64,000 bases of DNA from an uncultured Armatimonadetes bacterium (lineage in GTDB: Bacteria; Armatimonadota; Hebobacteria; Hebobacterales; Hebobacteraceae). A program made the position numbers and the translations under genes. The first letter of the stretch is position 1. The number at the start of each line of letters is the position of its first letter. The notes under the pieces were generated by a model that did no database searches, had not been told where the DNA came from, and worked only from the letters and a program-made list of their open reading frames with translations. The stretch lies in assembly GCA_963716175.1 (NCBI GenBank), contig OY970296.1:1293684-1357683 (forward strand), given 5' to 3'. Positions 50,290 through 60,383 of the stretch are shown here, one piece after another.

Positions 50290-51699
50290 GTGACCGACAT
50301 AGTGAGCGCGCTGGCAGTGGCCGTGAGCTGTGCGGCGTTGCTCTCACAGGGCAACCGCGATCACGCAAGCAGCGGCAGTTCTCGGATTCGCACCGCGGTG
50401 GAGGTGGAAGAGGAGGTCTATACTGTCGAGGTGGCCAACAACGGTGCGGGGCCGATGTGGTCCTATGGCTCGAGCTGCATTGCCCGCGTGGGAGAGCGGA
50501 TCTTCATCAGTGGGCTGCAAACACTGGCTGACGTGCGGCCGGTGAACAACGTGCGCTGGCTGCTTCTCACGCGTCAGACCCAGGGCTGGGAGGTGGCGGC
50601 GAAGGGGAAGGGGCGCACGCGGGAGCCGTGCCCGCTGGCCTGCTTTCCGGATGGCACGCTCTTCCTATCCGATAACCCCACGCTGACCGGCCCGGAGGCG
50701 GAGCGCGGCCCGGCCAAGCCGGAGATCCATGTGTTTTCCGCGCAGCATACCGAAGCCCCCTGGCAGACGCTACTGCCCGTGTGGCAAGGCGAGCCGCCCT
50801 TCTCCGAGCACTCCTACCGGAGCTTCGCCGCGGACGCCAAGAACAGAGAGCTGATCCTGTTTCAGAACATCGGGTACACCCATGCGGAGTGGAGCTTCCG
50901 CGACCGGGACGGCAAGTGGTCGGTGCAGGGCAAGCTGAAGTGGCCCTGGGGCGCCGAGTATCCGGAGCCACAGCCCATTCGCGTGTGCTATCCGGCGGTG
51001 GCGCTGAAGGACCGGGCGGTGTACTTCTGCGGAGTGAGCGACATTGAGGAGCCATATCCGGAGTGGCGCCAGTACAAGCAGGAGCTGACCGGCCGGGAGT
51101 GGGACTACGATTTCCGCCGGTTGTTCTTCACCTGGAGCGATGACATCACCACCGGGAAGTTCCACGACTGGGTAGAGGTGTCGAGCCGCGATCGGACCTG
51201 CGGCTGGATCACGCCCTGCGACCTGTGGGTGGGGCCCGACGGTGCGGTCCACTTGCTGTGGACGGAGCGGGCGCTGGATGAGCGGCTCCGGGAGAAGCTC
51301 TTCCCGGGGGAGAAGCAGAGCTACGCGCTGATGTACGCGGTAGTGCGTGACGGGACAGTGGTGCTGAAGCAGCCGCTGCTGCTGGGCGGCGAGGGGATCT
51401 CTGGTGAGCGCCCGGGAGACGGGCGGTTTCAGGTGACGCCGGAGGGGCGCGTGTTTGTCTTCTACTACCTGGGGGGAGAGAACGCCCAGGGCCAGCCCAT
51501 ATCCGAGAACCGCGTGCTCGAGATCCACCCCGATGGCAGCCAGAGCGAGTCGGCGGTGGTGAGCCTGAAGCAGCCCTTCCGGAAGTTCTATACCGCGAGC
51601 TGGCGCGCGGGTTCGCCGCTGTCGCGGGTGTTGGATATCTACGGCACCGGTGCGGGCAAGAGTGAGGCCTTGAGGTACGCGCGGGTGCGGATCGAATGA
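50290..51699 (+). CDS. Secreted hypothetical protein with repeated beta-strand motifs (propeller-like); function unknown.
   Basis: GTG start with signal-peptide-like VTDIVSALAVAVSCAALLSQG; no recognisable catalytic motifs. Confidence 0.45.
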   Translation: MTDIVSALAVAVSCAALLSQGNRDHASSGSSRIRTAVEVEEEVYTVEVANNGAGPMWSYGSSCIARVGERIFISGLQTLADVRPVNNVRWLLLTRQTQGWEVAAKGKGRTREPCPLACFPDGTLFLSDNPTLTGPEAERGPAKPEIHVFSAQHTEAPWQTLLPVWQGEPPFSEHSYRSFAADAKNRELILFQNIGYTHAEWSFRDRDGKWSVQGKLKWPWGAEYPEPQPIRVCYPAVALKDRAVYFCGVSDIEEPYPEWRQYKQELTGREWDYDFRRLFFTWSDDITTGKFHDWVEVSSRDRTCGWITPCDLWVGPDGAVHLLWTERALDERLREKLFPGEKQSYALMYAVVRDGTVVLKQPLLLGGEGISGERPGDGRFQVTPEGRVFVFYYLGGENAQGQPISENRVLEIHPDGSQSESAVVSLKQPFRKFYTASWRAGSPLSRVLDIYGTGAGKSEALRYARVRIE

Positions 51700-51755
51700 G
51701 CGGGAGCTGGGCCTCGGCCCAGCTCCCGCGTGCACTTGCGACTCGCGGTTTGGCG

Positions 51756-53780
51756 CTACATGGGCAGTTCGAACGCCCTCGCCACGTACACCGCCATCTG
51801 GTCGCGAGTCACCTCCCGCGCGGGCTGATAGGTGCCGTCGTCATAGCCCTTCACCACGCCGTTATCCAGGCAGGCCTTGATCGCCACGCCCGACCAGAAG
51901 CCGGCCGGCACATCCGGGAAGAGCTGGGCGGCGGTGTCGAGGGCGTCAGTGAGCTTGACCCATCCCTTCGCGCGGGCGATGAACACGGCCATCTGGCCGC
52001 GGTCCACGGGATCGGCGGGGCTGTAGATGGTATCGGTGTAGCCTTTCACCACGTTGCTGCTGACTGCGTACTCCACATACCTGAACGCCCAGTGATCGGT
52101 CGCCACATCGGAGAACGTCGCGGTGGCTGGGCCCGTGGGCACGTTCGCATCCCCTTTCGCCAGCGCGCGGGAGATGTACACCGCCATCTGATCCCGAGTT
52201 ACGGGGTCGGTCGGCTTGTAGGTGCCGTCAGCGTAGCCCTTGACGATGCCTGCCGCACAGATGGCCTCGATCTCCCAGAGCGCCCAGTAGGGATCGGACG
52301 TCGAGGAGATGACATCCGAGAAATCGCTCGCGGGCAGCGACCACATGAGGCCCAGGTCTCCGAGCCATGGGTAGCTGTCTATCTGTGCGGTGACCACGTT
52401 GTTCGCCGGGTCAACCGTGGATGGCTTGCTGAAGTAACTGCGTGCCTCCGGGTCGTAGACGAACAGCGAAAGGTGAGCTTCCGCGGCCGCGGGGATTTCG
52501 GTGTCGTCATAGGTCATCGCCACGGTGATGGGACCGCTGACCTGCGCGGTGGTCTGCACATGGAAGAACGGCTCGACCGCCACTTGGTCTGGCCCCAGCG
52601 CCGCCGGGAACGCCTCCTCCCGGATGATGCTGGTCCAGCCCTCCTTGTCCACCTCTGAGAAGGTGACGCTGGTGTTGTCCACTGTCACCGCGGGGTGCGT
52701 CGAGGTGGTGTTCGGGCCCGCCCAACTAAGCCAGTTATCCCAATTCTCATCATAGGTGAGGCGGGTGAGCTGCCCGGTGTTAAGGTCATAGAGCCACACC
52801 TCGCGCTGGTACCAGCACATGGGGCCACTCGGATCGAACGGCAGGGCAGCGACGAAAGCGATCTGGTCGCCCAGCGGGGACCATTGCGGTCTCTGGGGGC
52901 CGACCATGTTCCGGATATCCGAGAGCCAGGGATGGTCGGCGGGCTGGAAGTTGTACTTGGCGATGTGGGCTTCGATATCGGAGTCCTTTAGGAACTGCTG
53001 CACAAGCACCTGCGGATGGCTGCCATCCGCGTTGGCCAGAACGAGCTGCCGCCAGACGCCGGACTCGCCGGAAACCGTATCAGACTGCTGCGTGGAATAG
53101 AGCAGCGCTGAGCCATCGCGCGACCACCTTGCATCCTGGTGGTCGGGGCCCGGGAGGATGCTGACATTGGCGCCAGTGACGTCCGCGGCTACACAACCCC
53201 CGCTCCCGTCGTCGCACAAGAGGCGGGATCCGTCTGGCGCCCAGCTCGGGAACCAGGTGGTGTAGGTCGCCTGGGGCATCCACTGGCGGAGGTTGGTGCC
53301 GTCGGCCGCCATCAGCCACACCTGGAAGCCCGCTTCGCACGTGACCTGCCCCACAGCAGGGGCGGCATGCTGGAAGGCGATAGTGCGGCCGTCCGGCGAC
53401 CAGGCCGCGATGCAGTTGACCCCGCCCAAGCCAGCCGGGCCTGTGAGGTTGACAGCGCCGGTCCCGTCCAGATTCGCCACCCAGATTTCGCCCGTATTGG
53501 CGTGGAACAGGTCGCTCGTGGTGCGGACGTCGTAAGCCACCTTCGTCGTGTCAGGCAGGCTCTCGCCATTGCCGAAGACGGTCTGAGGCGTCACCACCGC
53601 GTCCGAGGCGCCATCCATGATGTACCCGAGGGGAGCGCCGCTCTGATCCCAGCCCGAGACGAGCAGCTTCCCCTCGATCGGCACCCCCGCGGCGCGCGCG
53701 GGCGAAGGCATCGAGACCACGAAGGTGAGCCAGACGAATACCATCACGGCAGCGATTCGCCAGAGACTGCGAGCAGCCAT
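51756..53780 (-). CDS. Cell-surface protein with N-terminal signal peptide, TolB-like beta-propeller repeats and three C-terminal SLH domains.
   Basis: WSPDGRTIAF, WAPDGSRLLC, WSRDGSALLY, WSPLGDQIAF; three SLH repeats (KGY.DGTY.P...VTRDQMAVY). Confidence 0.8.
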   Translation of the reverse strand: MAARSLWRIAAVMVFVWLTFVVSMPSPARAAGVPIEGKLLVSGWDQSGAPLGYIMDGASDAVVTPQTVFGNGESLPDTTKVAYDVRTTSDLFHANTGEIWVANLDGTGAVNLTGPAGLGGVNCIAAWSPDGRTIAFQHAAPAVGQVTCEAGFQVWLMAADGTNLRQWMPQATYTTWFPSWAPDGSRLLCDDGSGGCVAADVTGANVSILPGPDHQDARWSRDGSALLYSTQQSDTVSGESGVWRQLVLANADGSHPQVLVQQFLKDSDIEAHIAKYNFQPADHPWLSDIRNMVGPQRPQWSPLGDQIAFVAALPFDPSGPMCWYQREVWLYDLNTGQLTRLTYDENWDNWLSWAGPNTTSTHPAVTVDNTSVTFSEVDKEGWTSIIREEAFPAALGPDQVAVEPFFHVQTTAQVSGPITVAMTYDDTEIPAAAEAHLSLFVYDPEARSYFSKPSTVDPANNVVTAQIDSYPWLGDLGLMWSLPASDFSDVISSTSDPYWALWEIEAICAAGIVKGYADGTYKPTDPVTRDQMAVYISRALAKGDANVPTGPATATFSDVATDHWAFRYVEYAVSSNVVKGYTDTIYSPADPVDRGQMAVFIARAKGWVKLTDALDTAAQLFPDVPAGFWSGVAIKACLDNGVVKGYDDGTYQPAREVTRDQMAVYVARAFELPM

Positions 53781-54091
53781 CGCACACCCCCTCTGCGCCT
53801 CGGCGCAAGTCCGAACATGTGACCCGCAAGGGCCCGCCGACTCCGTCCAGTATAGACCGTGGGCGGCGGGTATCGGCCGGAGGCCGTTACCCGCCCTCCA
53901 GTCACATCAGCAGGTCGAACGCCCGCGCGACGTAGACTGCCATCTGGTCCCGGGTGACCTCGCGCCCGGGCTGGTAGGTGCCGTCGTCATAGCCCTTCAC
54001 CACGCCGTTATCCAGGCAGGCCTTGATCGCCACGCCCGACCAGAAGCCGGCCGGCACATCCGGGAAGAGCTGGGCGGCGGTGTCGAGGGCG

Positions 54092-55891
54092 TCAGTGAGC
54101 TTGACCCATCCCTTCGCGGGCGATGAACACGGCCATCTGGCCGCGGTCCACGGGATCGGCGGGGCTGTAGATGGTATCGGTGTAGCCCTTCACGACCTTC
54201 TGGTCCACGGCGTACTGGACGTACTTCAGCGCCCAGTTCCCGGCTGGCACGTCCGTGAAGGTCGGCGTGCCGGTGAAGTCCGGCACGTTGCCGTCGCCGC
54301 CCGCCAGCGCGCGGGCAATGTAGGTTGCCATCTGGTCTCTGGTCACTTGTCCTGCTGGAGCATAGGTGCCGTCGGTGTAGCCGGCGACGATGCCGGCGGC
54401 GTAGGCGGCTTCGATCTCCCACAAGGCCCAGTAGGGATCGGCCGGGTCGGAGGACACGTCGGAGAAGTGGCTCGCCGGCAGCGGCCAGGAGAGGCCCATG
54501 GTGCCGAGGGCGGCCGGCTGGCCGGAGATCACATTGTTCGCGACGTCGCGGGTGACGGCCAAGTTCGTCCACTGGTCTGCCGCATCGTCGTAGCAGAGGA
54601 GCGCGAGATGACCCTGGGCAGTCGCCGGGACGTCCGCGTCCTGGTAGGTCATGGACACGGAGATGGGACCGGCAACCTGAGCTGTGGTGTGTATCTGGTA
54701 GAACGGCGCGGCTGCCAATTGGGGGGCCGGCAGTGCCGGCGGGCTGTCGTCCAAGATGATGGTGGTGAGGCCCGGCTCAGTCACTTCCGAGAAGGCAACG
54801 GTCGTGTTGTCCACCGTAACCTGGGGGCTGTCCGGGTAGGTGTTCTCTCCCTGCCAGCTCAGCCAGGTATCGAACTTCAGGTCGTTCGTGATCCTGGTGA
54901 GATCGCCGTCGGAGAGCGTGTAGATCCACACCTCGACCTGCTGCCGGTAGTCAGGCCCGTCCGGGTCGAACGGCAGCGCGGCCAAGAACGCGATGCGGTT
55001 GCCCTTGGGGGACCACTGCGGGAAGAGCGGCCCCGCCCACCACTCCAGGTCGGCCGCCCAGTCTCGCTCCGACGTGTCAAGCCCGAGTCGCGCCACCATC
55101 GCCTGGGCGTCCGAGTGGTTGACGAACTGACGCACCAGTGTCTGTGGGTTGTCGCCGTTGATGTCGGCGACGCGTAGCTCTCGCCAGACGCCTGGCTCGC
55201 CGTTCACGGTGTCCTCTTCAGCCCAGGTGCCGGCAACGTGGCGCGCATCGGGCGAAATGTCCGCCCCCTCCCCTCTCACATTTGGGAGGGTCTGGACGTT
55301 GCTGCCATCCAGGTCTATGAGCACTGCATTCGACTGCCCATAGACGGCGCAGATCAGACTGTGCCCGTCGGCCGACCAGCCCCCTACTTTGGGCGAAGCC
55401 ATCCCCACTGGACTCACGCGACGCGCGTTGCTGCCGTCGGCATTCATCACCCAGACCTCGAACCCCGTGTCACAGGGCTGCTGTCCCGGGACCGGGTCAA
55501 CGTGGCGGAAGGCGATCTGACTGGCGTCGGGTGACCAGGACGGGAAGCAGTTGATGCCGGAGAGGCCGGCCACCTGGCTCAGGTTGGTTTGGGTGGAGCC
55601 ATCGAGAGAGGAGAGCCAGATATCGCCGGACGTGGTCCACGGATCACCCGCTGTTAGCTGGTGGGCGAGCGCGTCTCCGAGCGGGGAGACATCCGCATGC
55701 TCGATCTCCGCGGGCCAGGCCGTGACCTGATCCGAACTCCCCTGCAGGTAGTAGGCATACGCGCTGATCTGCAACTCATAGCCCGATACCCACAGCTTCC
55801 CCTCGATAGGCACCGGGGCAGTGCCGGCCATCGCCGCCGACGCCCAGATGCAGCAGGCCACCACGATACACATCATCAGCATCGCGCGCAT
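54092..55891 (-). CDS. Paralogous SLH-domain beta-propeller surface protein.
   Basis: Same architecture as the first SLH propeller. The C-terminal SLH-coding DNA is near-identical to 51760-52060. Confidence 0.8.
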   Translation of the reverse strand: MRAMLMMCIVVACCIWASAAMAGTAPVPIEGKLWVSGYELQISAYAYYLQGSSDQVTAWPAEIEHADVSPLGDALAHQLTAGDPWTTSGDIWLSSLDGSTQTNLSQVAGLSGINCFPSWSPDASQIAFRHVDPVPGQQPCDTGFEVWVMNADGSNARRVSPVGMASPKVGGWSADGHSLICAVYGQSNAVLIDLDGSNVQTLPNVRGEGADISPDARHVAGTWAEEDTVNGEPGVWRELRVADINGDNPQTLVRQFVNHSDAQAMVARLGLDTSERDWAADLEWWAGPLFPQWSPKGNRIAFLAALPFDPDGPDYRQQVEVWIYTLSDGDLTRITNDLKFDTWLSWQGENTYPDSPQVTVDNTTVAFSEVTEPGLTTIILDDSPPALPAPQLAAAPFYQIHTTAQVAGPISVSMTYQDADVPATAQGHLALLCYDDAADQWTNLAVTRDVANNVISGQPAALGTMGLSWPLPASHFSDVSSDPADPYWALWEIEAAYAAGIVAGYTDGTYAPAGQVTRDQMATYIARALAGGDGNVPDFTGTPTFTDVPAGNWALKYVQYAVDQKVVKGYTDTIYSPADPVDRGQMAVFIAREGMGQAH

Positions 55892-56412
55892 ATCCCCCTC
55901 CGTTCTGCACATGCTTCCCCCGCGGCCCGGGGGGCGCCAGCCTGTGTCAGGCCGACCCGCCCATTATACCACTCGGCGCGGACGGAAGAGCGCACAATCG
56001 CAAGGTTTCTGGCTGCTAAGTGACGGTGGCAAGCCCCTGCCCGACCCGTGACAGCATCCGACCGCTGCGCGCCATACAGAGGCGGGGCAGCTACTGCTGG
56101 GCGCGCGCGGCTGGCCTTGCGGGAGGTGGGGTGGTGTGCTATACTCAGCCAGTCACGGCCCCGGCCCGTTTGGGCCGGGTGTCTTTCACTTAGAGTCTCT
56201 AACAGAACCGGCAACAATATCCACAGATGACGCAGATTACTCAGATTGATCTTGCGTCAATCTGCCGAATCTGCGGACTCATCTGTAGTTCCGTCAGAAG
56301 CTCTTAGAGGCCGCGAGCCGGCGGGCGTGTGAATGGCTAGGCCCTTCGGGCCGCCATGGCGGTCCGAGCAGTCGAACCTAGCCACGCCCGCCCTACAGAT
56401 TGGGAGGGTGGA

Positions 56413-56559
56413 GTGAAACGAACCTATCAACCACACCGGCGGCGGCGGCTGCGTACCCACGGATTCCGGGCACGTATGGCCACGCCGGGGGGCCGGAACA
56501 TGCTGCGGCGGCGGCGGGCGAAGGGCCGCGCGCGGCTGGCGTCGGGGCCCTCCAGATAG
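56413..56559 (+). CDS. rpmH: 50S ribosomal protein L34.
   Basis: GTG start; [41 protein letters not shown]. Confidence 0.85.
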   Translation: MKRTYQPHRRRRLRTHGFRARMATPGGRNMLRRRRAKGRARLASGPSR

Positions 56560-56568
56560 GGAGGGCGC

Positions 56569-56931
56569 GTGGAGCGTCTCCGCCGGAAAAACGACCTGGA
56601 CAGGGTGTTCCGCGAGGGCCGGCGGTTCTCTTGTCCCTGGGCTGTGCTGCAGGCGCGCGGGCGGACCGCCGAGGAGCAGCAGGCCGCGGGGCTGCGGGTG
56701 GCGGTGGTGGCGGCCCGCGGGTTCCCCACCGCGGTGGCGCGGAACCGAGCGCGGCGCCTGCTGCGGGAGAGCTGCCGCGTGGCGCTAGGGGAGGCGGAGG
56801 GCCGGTGGGACTTGGTGCTGGTTGCCCGACGAGAAGTGCTGAGCGTTCCCTTCGCGGCTCGGGTGGAAGCGTTGTCGGCCCTGCTGAGGGAGGCAGGTGT
56901 GCTTGGGGAGAAGGCAGCGGCGGCGGTATGA
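56569..56931 (+). CDS. rnpA: RNase P protein component.
   Basis: RnpA pattern (RLRRKNDLDRVFREGRRF... RNRARRLLRE). Confidence 0.85.
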   Translation: MERLRRKNDLDRVFREGRRFSCPWAVLQARGRTAEEQQAAGLRVAVVAARGFPTAVARNRARRLLRESCRVALGEAEGRWDLVLVARREVLSVPFAARVEALSALLREAGVLGEKAAAAV

Positions 56932-57302
56932 AGACCTCGGCGAGCGTCACCGGTGGTCTGGGGCGCGCCGCCCGCGCGGGCATTGCCCTGGTGCGGAGCT
57001 ATCAGCAGTGGATGAGCCACCTGAAGCCGCGGACCTGCCGCTATTACCCATCGTGTTCCCAGTACGCGGTGCGCGCCATCGCGGCGCGAGGCCTGATCCG
57101 GGGTGGCCTGCTGGCGGCCTGGCGCGTGCTGCGGTGCAACCCCTTCTCGGCCGGGGGATATGATCCGGGGCCGTGGGAGGCAGAGGAATCGGGCGGCGGG
57201 CATGCAGAGATGGCTAGGTCGCCTGCCGCGACCGCCGTGCCGGCCGAAGGCCTAGCCACATGCCGGCCCGACAGGGCCCGAGTGGGAGAGGGCGGCAGAT
57301 GA
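56928..57302 (+). CDS. yidD: Membrane protein insertion efficiency factor YidD, with a C-terminal extension encoded by an inserted R3 repeat.
   Basis: CRYYPSCSQYA...LRCNPFSAGGYDPGP core; the ORF then reads through 57186-57282 to TGA 57300-57302, which overlaps the yidC ATG. Confidence 0.7.
   Translation: MKTSASVTGGLGRAARAGIALVRSYQQWMSHLKPRTCRYYPSCSQYAVRAIAARGLIRGGLLAAWRVLRCNPFSAGGYDPGPWEAEESGGGHAEMARSPAATAVPAEGLATCRPDRARVGEGGR
57186..57282 (+). repeat. R3 MITE-like element, copy X2 (internally shorter).
   Basis: ggcgggcatgcagagatggctaggtcgcctg...ggcctagccacatgccggccc; aligns with 35797-35920. Confidence 0.7.
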
Positions 57303-58702
57303 AGAGGCGCTGGCCGCTGGCGCTGCTGCTGATCCTGTTGCCCCTGCTGACGGGATGCTTCGGGGCCGGGGGCATGCCAGTGCCCATAGACCAGCTCCGA
57401 GACCTGCAGACCAAGTTCGAAGAGTTGGATCACGCCAGCCGGAAGGAAGTTGACAGCCAGCTGGCGACGCTTCAGCAGCAAGTGGCGCAGGTGGCGCAGA
57501 GCAAAGACCGCGCGGTGCGGGAGCAGGCGGGGAGGGAGCGGTTGCTGGCGGCCTATTGCTGGGAGCGGCGGGGCGACTTCTCCGATGCGGAGCGCAACTA
57601 CGCCGAGGCCGGTAAGGGTCCGTATGCCGTGGTGGCGCTCTTCCGACTGGCGCAGGTGGCCGAATACCAGAAGGCCCAGGCCGAGGCGGAAGCGCAGAGC
57701 CCGAACCTGGAGGAGACGCGCCGCAGAGAAGCGGCCGAGATCGCGAAGCTGGAAGGGAAAAAAGAGGTCCGAGCCCTGGAGCGAGTGGCCAACTTCCCCG
57801 TGGGCAGTGAGGTGCTGCTGCGAGAGCCGCTGGTGGCCTCGCTCCCGCTGCAGGCCTGGCATCTGGGGGCCGTCAGGCATGAGGCCTATGACAGGTTGGA
57901 CGGTTACTACCGCACTCGCACCTCCTACCAGGTGATGGCCTTTCTGGTCAGGCTGTGCGGCGGCACGCAGCAGGTGGGCCAGCCAAAGAAGAGCTACCCC
58001 TACATTCTGGCGATCGTGCTGATCGCAGTGCTGGCGAAGTTGGTCACCACCCCGCTGACCGCGGCGCAGTTCAAGTCCATGCGCGCCATGCAGGCGATGC
58101 AGCCCGAGCTCAAGAAGCTGCAAGAGAAATACAAGGACGACAAGCAGCAAATGAGCCGGGCGCAGATGGAGTTGTTCAAGCAGCACAAGATCAACCCCGC
58201 CAGCTCCTGCCTGCCGATGCTGATCCAGTTTCCCATCCTGATCTGGGTCTACTATGCCATTCGCTATTTCGTGTATCAGTTCGAGGGGGTGCACTTCCTC
58301 TATCTGCCGAGCCTGGCAGAGCCGGATGTGATCCCGGTGGGAGTGGGACCGTGGCCCGGTCCGCTGCTGGTGCTGTATGGGGTGAGCATGTACTTCTCGC
58401 AGAAGCTGCTCTCGCAGCCGACGGCCACGCCGGAGCAGCAGCAGCAGCAGAAGATGATGGCCTACATGATGCCGGTGATCCTGCTGTTCGTGCTCAAGGG
58501 GCTGCCGGCGGCCTTCATCCTGTACTGGCTGCTCCAGAACATCCTCATGACCGGGCACCAGTGGCTGATCATGCGGCCCCAGCGGCTAGTGCAGGCGACC
58601 GCGGCCGCGGCGGCGGCAGCACCACCGCCGCTGCCACCGGAGGCGATCCAGAAGCTGTCGCAGGGAAGTCGGAGCGGCAAGAAGAAGAAAAAGCGGCGCT
58701 AG
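57299..58702 (+). CDS. yidC: Membrane protein insertase YidC (lipoprotein-type N-terminus).
   Basis: Lipobox LLTGC; C-terminal 60-kDa insertase core (LPMLIQFPILIWVYYAI...). Confidence 0.85.
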   Translation: MKRRWPLALLLILLPLLTGCFGAGGMPVPIDQLRDLQTKFEELDHASRKEVDSQLATLQQQVAQVAQSKDRAVREQAGRERLLAAYCWERRGDFSDAERNYAEAGKGPYAVVALFRLAQVAEYQKAQAEAEAQSPNLEETRRREAAEIAKLEGKKEVRALERVANFPVGSEVLLREPLVASLPLQAWHLGAVRHEAYDRLDGYYRTRTSYQVMAFLVRLCGGTQQVGQPKKSYPYILAIVLIAVLAKLVTTPLTAAQFKSMRAMQAMQPELKKLQEKYKDDKQQMSRAQMELFKQHKINPASSCLPMLIQFPILIWVYYAIRYFVYQFEGVHFLYLPSLAEPDVIPVGVGPWPGPLLVLYGVSMYFSQKLLSQPTATPEQQQQQKMMAYMMPVILLFVLKGLPAAFILYWLLQNILMTGHQWLIMRPQRLVQATAAAAAAAPPPLPPEAIQKLSQGSRSGKKKKKRR

Positions 58703-58833
58703 TGAGGGGCTGGCGCGGCAAGCGATGGGAGCACAGGGCGCGGGGTGAGGCGGACAGCAGTTCCTATGATCTCCCAACGGGGTTGACGGCGACAGGCGGC
58801 CTGGGGGATGGGGGCTAGGGAGGCGAGAGGCCG

Positions 58834-59472
58834 ATGCAATCCATCGAACAGTCTGGGCGCAATGTTGAAGAGGCGGTGCAGAGCGCGCTGAAGGCGCTGG
58901 CGGTGACGCGCGACCAGGTGGAGGTAGAGGTGCTGGCCGAGCAGAGCCGGGGGCTGCTGGGGATCCTGGGCCACACCGAAGCCAAGGTGCGGGTGACGGT
59001 GAAGGCGGGGGTGGCGCAGCGGGCGGTGCAGGTGCTGCAAGAGATCCTGGGGCACATGGGTATCGAGGCCACCCCGGAGATCACCGCGGATGACGCGGAG
59101 GCGGCCTGGATCAACCTGCGCGGGGGCGATGACCTGGGGCTGCTGATCGGAAAGCGAGGGCAGACGCTGGCCGCGCTGCAGTTGATCACGGCCATGATGG
59201 CCAACCGCGAGCAGCCTCCAGAGAACCGGAAGAAGGTGATTCTCGACGCGCAGGGCTACCGGGAGCGGCGAGAGCGGGCGCTGGAGTCCATGGCTCGCAA
59301 CGCGGCCGACCGGGCGAAGCGAAGCGGCCGGGAAGTGAGGCTGGAGGCGCTCGCCCCGCGGGAGCGCCGGATCGTGCACCTCACGCTCGCCGAGGACCCG
59401 GGGGTGAGCACCCGGAGCGAAGGCGAGGACCCGGAGCGGGTGGTGATCGTCTCCCCCCGGCATACCCGGTAG
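58834..59472 (+). CDS. jag: Jag/KhpB RNA-binding protein (KH + R3H).
   Basis: R3H motif region ...RERRIVHLTL... Confidence 0.8.
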   Translation: MQSIEQSGRNVEEAVQSALKALAVTRDQVEVEVLAEQSRGLLGILGHTEAKVRVTVKAGVAQRAVQVLQEILGHMGIEATPEITADDAEAAWINLRGGDDLGLLIGKRGQTLAALQLITAMMANREQPPENRKKVILDAQGYRERRERALESMARNAADRAKRSGREVRLEALAPRERRIVHLTLAEDPGVSTRSEGEDPERVVIVSPRHTR

Positions 59473-59491
59473 CGCGGGCCGCATCCAGCCC

Positions 59492-60240
59492 ATGGACGAC
59501 CCCGTCGGCGAGGCCGAGCGATGGCGGCGGGCGCTGGTCGAGGGGGCCGGGGAGCTGGGCCTGTCCGTGTCTGAGGCGGAGGGCGCGGCCTATCGCAGAC
59601 ACTTCGAGCTGCTCCTGCTGCACAACCCGCGCGCCGGCCTCACCACCATCACCGACCCGGTGGAGATTGCGGTCAAGCATTTCCTGGACTCCCTCACCGG
59701 ACTGCTGGTGCGCGAGATCGCGGCTGGCGCGCGAGTGGCGGAGGTGGGATTGGGGGGTGGCTTCCCGGGGGTGGTGCTGGCGGTGGCCCGGCCCGCGGCC
59801 TGCTACACCCTGATCGAGGCGAATCGCAAGCGGGCGGCCTTCCTGTCGGATCTGATCCAGACGCTCGGCCTGCCCCAGGTGTCGGTGATCGCGGCGCGGG
59901 CCGAGGAAGTGGGCCAGCGTCCGGAGCACCGGGAGAGCTATGACCTGGTGGTGAGCCGGGCGGTGGCGCCGCTCCCGGTGCTGCTCGAGTACCGCCTCCC
60001 CCTGGCGCGGGTCGGGGGAGAGGCGCTGGCCTACAAGGGCCGCGAGGTGGAGGCGGAGATCGGCGAGAGCGCGGCGGCGCTCGCGAAGCTGGGCGGCCGG
60101 ATCGCGCGGCTGCGGCGGCTGTCGCTGCCCCAGGACATGGGGGAACGGGTGCTGGTATTAGTCGAGAAGTTGGCCTCCACGCCGGCCGCCTATCCGAGGC
60201 GGCCGGGCGCGGCGAGGAGGCGGCCGCTGGGCGGAAGGGA
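59492..60240 (+). CDS. rsmG: 16S rRNA (guanine527-N7)-methyltransferase RsmG. The ORF lacks a stop for another roughly 500 nt.
   Basis: RsmG motifs and typical C-terminal ...YPRRPGAARRRPLG. The downstream extension is low-complexity and overlaps the next gene, so the end is approximate. Confidence 0.65.
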
Positions 60241-60383
60241 GAGGAGGCAGCCAGGCGGCCGAGGAAGCGAGGGCGCAAATGGTGACAGGGCAGGAGGCAA
60301 GCGGCTAGGTCTTGCGGACCGCCGCCCCGGCCCGCGGAGCAGGCCTAGGGGCTCTTGCCCAGCGATCAGTGGGAGGCAATGTG

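Noticed and set aside
57044-58558. 504-aa minus-strand ORF
   Set aside because: Antisense to yidC.
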